Assembly (NCBI GenBank): GCA_964057225.1
Contig: OZ059894.1
Span: 2,852,001-2,916,000 of the forward strand
Source: Auanema rhodensis
Taxonomy: Eukaryota; Animalia; Nematoda
Direction: 5' to 3'
DNA: 64,000 nt
This document shows, in pieces, positions 54,001 to 64,000 of the stretch. Position 1 is the stretch's first letter. Every line of letters begins with the position of its first letter. The notes beneath the pieces are model-generated. The model was not told the origin of the DNA. It ran no database searches and saw nothing but the letters and a program-made list of their open reading frames with translations. A program made the position numbers and the translations under genes.

Positions 54001-56509
54001 GATTTTTAAGCTGCGTCGATCTGTGTTATCCGATTTGCGCTAGCTGAAAAATGCACCGAGATATCAACTGATATAAGTTCACACATATATCCTCGATTTT
54101 CACCCTGAAGAATTAATTTTTTCGTTGAATAACATTGTCCATCGTCTTTGCCTTGAAAAAAGGAATCTAAAAACATCTACTTTTCGCTAAATTATTTTGA
54201 AATTTTTTGAAAAAATTTTTGTCAAAATGTTTTTGGAAGCAATGTTGAGTGTACATGGAAACTCAACATACACTAATGCATCATTTTTCAAACGATCATA
54301 ACTAATTTTTGTATTAAGCGTTTTTCAATGTAGTATAGTGCATTCGATGCGGATTTTTAAGCTGCGTCGAGCTGTGTTATCAGATTTGCGCTAGCTTAAA
54401 AATGCACCGAGATATCAACTGATATAAGTTCACACTTATATCCTCGATTTTCACCCTGAAGAATTAATTTTTTCGTTGAATAACATTGTCCATCGTCTTT
54501 GCCTTGAAAAAAGGAATCTAAAAACATCTACTTTTCGCTAAATTATTTTGAAATTTTTCGAAAAAATTTTTGTCAAAATGTTTTTGGAAGCAATGTTGAG
54601 TGTACATGGAAACTCAACATACACTAATGCATCATTTTTCAAACGATCATAACTAATTTTTGTATTAAGCGTTTTTCAATGTAGTATAGTGCATTCGATG
54701 CGGATTTTCAAGCTGCGTCGATCTGTGTTATCAGATTTGCGCTAGCTTAAAAATGCACCGAGATATCAACTGATATAAGTTCACACTTATATCCTCGATT
54801 TTCACCCTGAAGAATTAATTTTTTCGATGAATAACATTGTCCATCGTCTTTGCCGTGAAAAAAGGAATCTAAAAACATCTACTTTTTGCTAAATTATTTT
54901 GAAATTTTTCGAAAAAATTTTTGTCAAAATGTTTTTGGAAGCAATGTTGAGTGTACATGGAAACTCAACATACAGTAATGCATCATTTTTCAAACAATCA
55001 TAACTAATTTTTGTATTAAGCGTTTTTCAATGTAGTATAGTGCATTCGATGCGGATTTTTAAGCTGCGTCGAGCTGTGTTATCAGATTTGCGCTAGCTTA
55101 AAAATGCACCGAGATATCAACTGATATAAGTTCACACATATATCCTCGATTTTCACCCTGAAGAATTAATTTTTTCGTTGAATAACATTGTCCATCGTCT
55201 TTGCCTTGAAAAAAGGAATCTAAAAACATCTACTTTTCGCTAAATTATTTTGAAATTTTTCGAAAAAATTTTTGTCAAAATGTTTTTGGAAGCAATGTTG
55301 AGTGTACATGGAAACTCAACATACACTAATGCATCATTTTTCAAACAATCATAACTAATTTTTGTATTAAGCGTTTTTCAATGTAGTATAGTGCATTCGA
55401 TGCGGATTTTTAAGCTGCGTCGATCTGTGTTATCCGATTTGCGCTAGCTGAAAAATGCACCGAGATATCAACTGATATAAGTTCACACATATATCCTCGA
55501 TTTTCACCCTGAAGAATTAATTTTTTCGTTGAATAACATTGTCCATCGTCTTTGCCTTGAAAGAAGGAATCTAAAAACATCTACTTTTCGCTAAATTATT
55601 TTGAAATTTTTTGAAAAAATTTTTGTCAAAATGTTTTTGGAAGCAATGTTGAGTGTACATGGAAACTCAACATACACTAATGCATCATTTTTCAAACGAT
55701 CATAACTAATTTCTGTATTAAGCGTTTTTCAATGTAGTATAGTGCATTCGATGCGGACTTTCAAGCTGCGTCGATCTGTGTTATCAGATTTGCGCTAGCT
55801 TAAAAATGCACCGAGATATCAACTGATATAAGTTCACACTTATATCCTCGATTTTCACCCTGAAGAATTAATTTTTTCGATGAATAACATTGTCCATCGT
55901 CTTTGCCTTGAAAAAAGGAATCTAAAAACATCTACTTTTCGCTAAATTATTTTAAAATTTTTCGAAAAAATTTTTGTCAAAATGTTTTTGGAAGCAATGT
56001 TGAGTGTACATGGAAACTCAACATACACTAATGCATCATTTTTCAAACGATCATAACTAATTTTTGTATTAAGCGTTTTTCATTGTAGTATAGTGCATTC
56101 GATGCGGATTTTTAAGCTGCGTCGATCTGTGTTATCCGATTTGCGCTAGCTGAAAAATGCACCGAGATATCAACTGATATAAGTTCACACTTATATCCTC
56201 GATTTTCACCCTGAAGAATTAATTTTTTCGTTGAATAACATTGTCCATCGTCTTTGCCTTGAAAAAAGGAATCTAAAAACATCTACTTTTCGCTAAATTA
56301 TTTTGAAATTTTTTGAAAAAATTTTTGTCAAAATGTTTTTGGAAGCAATGTTGAGTGTACATGGAAACTCAACATACACTAATGCATCATTTTTCAAACG
56401 ATCATAACTAATTTCTGTATTAAGCGTTTTTCAATGTAGTATAGTGCATTCGATGCGGACTTTCAAGCTGCGTCGATCTGTGTTATCAGATTTGCGCTAG
56501 CTTAAAAAT
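48086..56509. repeat. About 10-monomer block duplicated at 14-monomer (4914-bp) offset (units 138-147 ~ 152-161)
   Basis: GTCTAG+GCTTGA unit at 48086 and 53000; CAGTAA+AACAAT unit at 49841 and 54755; GAAAGAAGG+TTTCTGT+GGACTT unit at 50543 and 55457; TCATTG unit at 50894 and 55808. Confidence 0.85.
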
Positions 56510-56860
56510 GCACCGAGATATCAACTGATATAAGTTCACACTTATATCCTCGATTTTCACCCTGAAGAATTAATTTTTTCGATGAATAACATTGTCCATC
56601 GTCTTTGCCTTGAAAAAAGGAATCTAAAAACATCTACTTTTCGCTAAATTATTCTGAAATTTTTCGAAAAAATTTTTGTCAAAATGTTTTTGGAAGCAAT
56701 GTTGAGTGTACATGGAAACTCAACATACACTAATGCATCATTTTTCAAACGATCATAACTAATTTTTGTATTAAGCGTTTTTCAATGTAGTATAGTGCAT
56801 TCGATGCGGACTTTCAAGCTGCGTCGATCTGTGTTATCAGATTTGCGCTAGCTTAAAAAT

Positions 56861-58262
56861 GCACCGAGATATCAACTGATATAAGTTCACACTTATATCC
56901 TCGATTTTCACCCTGAAGAATTAATTTTTTCGATGAATAACATTGTCCATCGTCTTTGCCTTGAAAAAAGGAATCTAAAAACATCTACTTTTCGCTAAAT
57001 TATTCTGAAATTTTTCGAAAAAATTTTTGTCAAAATGTTTTTGGAAGCAATGTTGAGTGTACATGGAAACTCAACATACACTAATGCATCATTTTTCAAA
57101 CGATCATAACTAATTTTCGTATTAAGCGTTTTTCAATGTAGTATAGTGCATTCGATGCGGATTTTTAAGCTGCGTCGAGCTGTGTTATCAGATTTGCGCT
57201 AGCTTAAAAATGCACCGAGATATCAACTGATATAAGTTCACACTTATATCCTCGATTTTCACCCTGAAGAATTAGTTTTTTCGTTGAATAACATTGTCCA
57301 TCGTCTTTGCCTTGAAAAAGGAATCTAAAAACATCTACTTTTCGCTAAATTATTTTGAAATTTTTCGAAAAAATTTTTGTCAAAATGTTTTTGGAAGCAA
57401 TGTTGAGTGTACATGGAAACTCAACATACACTAATGCATCATTTTTCAAACGATCATAACTAATTTTTGTATTAAGCGTTTCTCAATGTAGTATAGTGCA
57501 TTCGATGCGGACTTTCAAGCTGCGTCGATCTGTGTTATCAGATTTGCGCTAGCTTAAAAATGCACCGAGATATCAACTGATATAAGTTCACACTTATATC
57601 CTCGATTTTCACCCTGAAGAATTAATTTTTTCGATGAATAACATTGTCCATCGTCTTTGCCTTGAAAAAAGGAATCTAAAAACATCTACTTTTCGCTAAA
57701 TTATTCTGAAATTTTTCGAAAAAATTTTTGTCAAAATGTTTTTGGAAGCAATGTTGAGTGTACATGGAAACTCAACATACACTAATGCATCATTTTTCAA
57801 ACGATCATAACTAATTTTCGTATTAAGCGTTTTTCAATGTAGTATAGTGCATTCGATGCGGATTTTTAAGCTGCGTCGAGCTGTGTTATCAGATTTGCGC
57901 TAGCTTAAAAATGCACCGAGATATCAACTGATATAAGTTCACACTTATATCCTCGATTTTCACCCTGAAGAATTAGTTTTTTCGTTGAATAACATTGTCC
58001 ATCGTCTTTGCCTTGAAAAAGGAATCTAAAAACATCTACTTTTCGCTAAATTATTTTGAAATTTTTCGAAAAAATTTTTGTCAAAATGTTTTTGGAAGCA
58101 ATGTTGAGTGTACATGGAAACTCAACATACACTAATGCATCATTTTTCAAACGATCATAACTAATTTTTGTATTAAGCGTTTTTCAATGTAGTATAGTGC
58201 ATTCGATGCGGATTTTTAAGCTGCGTCGATCTGTGTTATCAGATTTGCGCTAGCTTAAAAAT
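56861..58262. repeat. Dimer duplication (701-bp period) marked by a shared 1-bp deletion
   Basis: Units at 56861 and 57562 share ATTCTGA+TTTCGT. Units at 57212 and 57913 share TTAGTT and TTGAAAAAGG (A5 instead of A6) and are 350 bp long. Confidence 0.85.
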
Positions 58263-61200
58263 GCACCGAGATATCAACTGATATAAGTTCACACTTATAT
58301 CCTCGATTTTCACCCTGAAGAATTAATTTTTTCGTTGAATAACATTGTCCATCGTCTTTGCCTTGAAAAAAGGAATCTAAAAACATCTACTTTTCGCTAA
58401 ATTATTTTGAAATTTTTCGAAAAAATTTTTGTCAAAATGTTTTTGGAAGCAATGTTGAGTGTACATGGAAACTCAACATACACTAATGCATCATTTTTCA
58501 AACGATCATAACTAATTTTTGTATTAAGCGTTTTTCAATGTAGTATAGTGCATTCGATGCGGATTTTTAAGCTGCGTCGATCTGTGTTATCAGATTTGCG
58601 CTAGCTTAAAAATGCACCGAGATATCAACTGATATAAGTTCACACTTATATCCTCGATTTTCACCCTGAAGAATTAATTTTTTCGTTGAATAACATTGTC
58701 CATCGTCTTTGCCTTGAAAAAAGGAATCTAAAAACATCTACTTTTCGCTAAATTATTTTGAAATTTTTCGAAAAAATTTTTGTCAAAATGTTTTTGGAAG
58801 CAATGTTGAGTGTACATGGAAACACAACATACACTAATGCATCATTTTTCAAACGATCATAACTAATTTTTGTATTAAGCGTTTTTCAATGTAGTATAGT
58901 GCATTCGATGCGGATTTTTAAGCTGCGTCGATCTGTGTTATCAGATTTGCGCTAGCTTAAAAATGCACCGAGATATCAACTGATATAAGTTCACACTTAT
59001 AACCTCGATTTTCACCCTGAAGAATTAATTTTTTCGTTGAATAACATTGTCCATCGTCTTTGCCTTGAAAAAAGGAATCTAAAAACATCTACTTTTCGCT
59101 AAATTATTTTGAAATTTTTCGAAAAAATTTTTGTCAAAATGTTTTTGGAAGCAATGTTGAGTGTACATGGAAACACAACATACACTAATGCATCATTTTT
59201 CAAACGATCATAACTAATTTTTGTATTAAGCGTTTTTCAATGTAGTATAGTGCATTCGATGCGGATTTTTAAGCTGCGTCGATCTGTGTTATCAGATTTG
59301 CGCTAGCTTAAAAATGCACCGAGATATCAACTGATATAAGTTCACGCCTTATATCCTCGATTTTCACCCTGAAGAATTAATTTTTTCGATGAATAACATT
59401 GTCCATCGTCTTTGCCGTGAAAAAAGGAATCTAAAAACATCTACTTTTCGCTAAATTATTTTGAAATTTTTCGAAAAAATTTTTGTCAAAATGTTTTTGG
59501 AAGCAATGTTGAGTGTACATGGAAACTCAACATACAGTAATGCATCATTTTTCAAACAATCATAACTAATTTTTGTATTAAGCGTTTTTCAATGTAGTAT
59601 AGTGCATTCGATGCGGATTTTTAAGCTGCGTCGAGCTGTGTTATCAGATTTGCGCTAGCTTAAAAATGCACCGAGATATCAACTGATATAAGTTCACACA
59701 TATATCCTCGATTTTCACCCTGAAGAATTAATTTTTTCGTTGAATAACATTGTCCATCGTCTTTGCCTTGAAAAAAGGAATCTAAAAACATCTACTTTTC
59801 GCTAAATTATTTTGAAATTTTTCGAAAAAATTTTTGTCAAAATGTTTTTGGAAGCAATGTTGAGTGTACATGGAAACTCAACATACACTAATGCATCATT
59901 TTTCAAACGATCATAACTAATTTTTGTATTAAGCGTTTTTCAATGTAGTATAGTGCATTCGATGCGGATTTTTAAGCTGCGTCGATCTGTGTTATCAGAT
60001 TTGCGCTAGCTTAAAAATGCACCGAGATATCAACTGATATAAGTTCACACTTATATCCTCGATTTTCACCCTGAAGAATTAATTTTTTCGTTGAATAACA
60101 TTGTCCATCGTCTTTGCCTTGAAAAAAGGAATCTAAAAACATCTACTTTTCGCTAAATTATTTTGAAATTTTTCGAAAAAATTTTTGTCAAAATGTTTTT
60201 GGAAGCAATGTTGAGTGTACATGGAAACTCAACATACACTAATGCATCATTTTTCAAACAATCATAACTAATTTTTGTATTAAGCGTTTTTCAATGTAGT
60301 ATAGTGCATTCGATGCGGATTTTTAAGCTGCGTCGATCTGTGTTATCCGATTTGCGCTAGCTGAAAAATGCACCGAGATATCAACTGATATAAGTTCACA
60401 CATATATCCTCGATTTTCACCCTGAAGAATTAATTTTTTCGTTGAATAACATTGTCCATCGTCTTTGCCTTGAAAGAAGGAATCTAAAAACATCTACTTT
60501 TCGCTAAATTATTTTGAAATTTTTTGAAAAAATTTTTGTCAAAATGTTTTTGGAAGCAATGTTGAGTGTACATGGAAACTCAACATACACTAATGCATCA
60601 TTTTTCAAACGATCATAACTAATTTCTGTATTAAGCGTTTTTCAATGTAGTATAGTGCATTCGATGCGGACTTTCAAGCTGCGTCGATCTGTGTTATCAG
60701 ATTTGCGCTAGCTTAAAAATGCACCGAGATATCAACTGATATAAGTTCACACTTATATCCTCGATTTTCACCCTGAAGAATTAATTTTTTCGATGAATAA
60801 CATTGTCCATCGTCTTTGCCTTGAAAAAAGGAATCTAAAAACATCTACTTTTCGCTAAATTATTTTGAAATTTTTCGAAAAAATTTTTGTCAAAATGTTT
60901 TTGGAAGCAATGTTGAGTGTACATGGAAACTCAACATACACTAATGCATCATTTTTCAAACGATCATAACTAATTTTTGTATTAAGCGTTTTTCATCGTA
61001 GTATAGTGCATTCGATGCGGATTTTTAAGCTGCGTCGATCTGTGTTATCCGATTTGCGCTAGCTGAAAAATGCACCGAGATATCAACTGATATAAGTTCA
61101 CACTTATATCCTCGATTTTCACCCTGAAGAATTAATTTTTTCGTTGAATAACATTGTCCATCGTCTTTGCCTTGAAAAAAGGAATCTAAAAACATCTACT

Positions 61201-64000
61201 TTTCGCTAAATTATTTTGAAATTTTTTGAAAAAATTTTTGTCAAAATGTTTTTGGAAGCAATGTTGAGTGTACATGGAAACTCAACATACACTAATGCAT
61301 CATTTTTCAAACGATCATAACTAATTTCTGTATTAAGCGTTTTTCAATGTAGTATAGTGCATTCGATGCGGACTTTCAAGCTGCGTCGATCTGTGTTATC
61401 AGATTTGCGCTAGCTTAAAAATGCACCGAGATATCAACTGATATAAGTTCACACTTATATCCTCGATTTTCACCCTGAAGAATTAATTTTTTCGATGAAT
61501 AACATTGTCCATCGTCTTTGCCTTGAAAAAAGGAATCTAAAAACATCTACTTTTCGCTAAATTATTTTGAAATTTTTCGAAAAAATTTTTGTCAAAATGT
61601 TTTTGGAAGCAATGTTGAGTGTACATGGAAACTCAACATACACTAATGCATCATTTTTCAAACGATCATAACTAATTTTTGTATTAAGCGTTTTTCATCG
61701 TAGTACAGTGCATTCGATGCGGATTTTTAAGCTGCGTCGATCTGTGTTATCCGATTTGCGCTAGCTGAAAAATGCACCGAGATATCAACTGATATAAGTT
61801 CACACTTATATCCTCGATTTTCACCCTGAAGAATTAATTTTTTCGTTGAATAACATTGTCCATCGTCTTTGCCTTGAAAAAAGGAATCTAAAAACATCTA
61901 CTTTTCGCTAAATTATTTTGAAATTTTTTGAAAAAATTTTTGTCAAAATGTTTTTGGAAGCAATGTTGAGTGTACATGGAAACTCAACATACACTAATGC
62001 ATCATTTTTCAAACGATCATAACTAATTTCTGTATTAAGCGTTTTTCAATGTAGTATAGTGCATTCGATGCGGACTTTCAAGCTGCGTCGATCTGTGTTA
62101 TCAGATTTGCGCTAGCTTAAAAATGCACCGAGATATCAACTGATATAAGTTCACACTTATATCCTCGATTTTCACCCTGAAGAATTAATTTTTTCGATGA
62201 ATAACATTGTCCATCGTCTTTGCCTTGAAAAAAGGAATCTAAAAACATCTACTTTTCGCTAAATTATTCTGAAATTTTTCGAAAAAATTTTTGTCAAAAT
62301 GTTTTTGGAAGCAATGTTGAGTGTACATGGAAACTCAACATACACTAATGCATCATTTTTCAAACGATCATAACTAATTTTCGTATTAAGCGTTTTTCAA
62401 TGTAGTATAGTGCATTCGATGCGGATTTTTAAGCTGCGTCGAGCTGTGTTATCAGATTTGCGCTAGCTTAAAAATGCACCGAGATATCAACTGATATAAG
62501 TTCACACTTATATCCTCGATTTTCACCCTGAAGAATTAGTTTTTTCGTTGAATAACATTGTCCATCGTCTTTGCCTTGAAAAAAGGAATCTAAAAACATC
62601 TACTTTTCGCTAAATTATTTTGAAATTTTTCGAAAAAATTTTTGTCAAAATGTTTTTGGAAGCAATGTTGAGTGTACATGGAAACTCAACATACACTAAT
62701 GCATCATTTTTCAAACGATCATAACTAATTTTTGTATTAAGCGTTTTTCAATGTAGTATAGTGCATTCGATGCGGATTTTTAAGCTGCGTCGATCTGTGT
62801 TATCAGATTTGCGCTAGCTTAAAAATGCACCGAGATATCAACTGATATAAGTTCACACTTATATCCTCGATTTTCACCCTGAAGAATTAATTTTTTCGTT
62901 GAATAACATTGTCCATCGTCTTTGCCTTGAAAAAAGGAATCTAAAAACATCTACTTTTCGCTAAATTATTTTGAAATTTTTCGAAAAAATTTTTGTCAAA
63001 ATGTTTTTGGAAGCAATGTTGAGTGTACATGGAAACTCAACATACACTAATGCATCATTTTTCAAACGATCATAACTAATTTTTGTATTAAGCGTTTTTC
63101 AATGTAGTATAGTGCATTCGATGCGGATTTTTAAGCTGCGTCGAGCTGTGTTATCAGATTTGCGCTAGCTTAAAAATGCACCGAGATATCAACTGATATA
63201 AGTTCACACATATATCCTCGATTTTCACCCTGAAGAATTAGTTTTTTCGTTGAATAACATTGTCCATCGTCTTTGCCTTGAAAAAAGGAATCTAAAAACA
63301 TCTACTTTTCGCTAAATTATTTTGAAATTTTTTGAAAAAATTTTTGTCAAAATGTTTTTGGAAGCAATGTTGAGTGTACATGGAAACTCAACATACACTA
63401 ATGCATCATTTTTCAAACGATCATAACTAATTTTTGTATTAAGCGTTTTTCAATGTAGTATAGTGCATTCGATGCGGATTTTTAAGCTGCGTCGAGCTGT
63501 GTTATCAGATTTGCGCTAGCTTAAAAATGCACCGAGATATCAACTGATATAAGTTCACACATATATCCTCGATTTTCACCCTGAAGAATTAATTTTTTCG
63601 TTGAATAACATTGTCCATCGTCTTTGCCTTGAAAGAAGGAATCAAAAACCTCTACTTTTCGCTAAATTATTTTGAAATTTTTCGAAAAAATTTTTGTCAA
63701 AATGTTTTTGGAAGCAATGTTGAGTGTACATGGAAACTCAACATACACTAATGCATCATTTTTCAAACGATCATAACTAATTTTTGTATTAAGCGTTTTT
63801 CAATGTAGTATAGTGCATTCGATGCGGATTTTTAAGCTGCGTCGAGCTGTGTTATCAAATTTGCGCTAGCTTAAAAATGCACCGAGATATCAACTGATAT
63901 AAGTTCACACATATATCCTCGATTTTCACCCTGAAGAATTAATTTTTTCGTTGAATAACATTGTCCATCGTCTTTGCCTTGAAAAAAGGAATCTAAAAAC

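Larger units (their letters stand above)
1..64000. repeat. Tandem satellite DNA array, 351-bp monomer, 182 full copies plus 1 partial, single orientation; extends beyond both window edges
   Basis: GCACCGAGATATCAACTGATATAAG recurs at 1, 352, 703 ... 3511 ... 6319, 6668, 7721 ... 56861, 57212, 57562, 57913, 58263 ... 60721 ... 63529, 63879. Monomers differ from the majority sequence by about 0-12 substitutions. There is no non-repeat sequence. Confidence 0.99.

Noticed and set aside
1-64000. CRISPR array or repeat-spacer system
   Set aside because: There are no unique spacers, the whole 351-bp unit repeats, and there are no cas-like ORFs.
1-64000. Array as an assembly or concatemer artefact (e.g. 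rolling-circle product)
   Set aside because: Monomers carry structured, position-dependent, linked variants rather than identical copies or random errors. Individual higher-order duplications could still be misassembled.

Overview
The whole 64-kb window is one uninterrupted, head-to-tail tandem array of a 351-bp AT-rich monomer: 182 complete copies plus a 122-bp partial copy, about 33% GC in monomer 1 by hand count. This is eukaryotic-type satellite DNA. I see no unique sequence, inversion, inserted element, RNA gene or credible protein-coding gene. The two listed 63-aa ORFs result from one SNP that removes a stop codon in two adjacent monomers. The informative structure lies at three levels. 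(i) Monomer length is strongly conserved: 144 consecutive units of exactly 351 bp, and only 5 indel-bearing units. (ii) Diagnostic SNPs define a mosaic of local, nested higher-order repeats (6-, 16-/5-, 4-, 3-, 11-, 14- and 2-monomer periods), with chimeric junction monomers and a left-to-right divergence gradient. (iii) The monomer is rich in dyad symmetries, including a perfect 9-bp inverted repeat in an apparently invariant segment and a G:T-tolerant stem whose loop carries the common SNPs. I cannot identify the species or satellite family from sequence alone, and a centromeric or pericentromeric role is only an inference. Variant calls were made by eye and should be confirmed by alignment.
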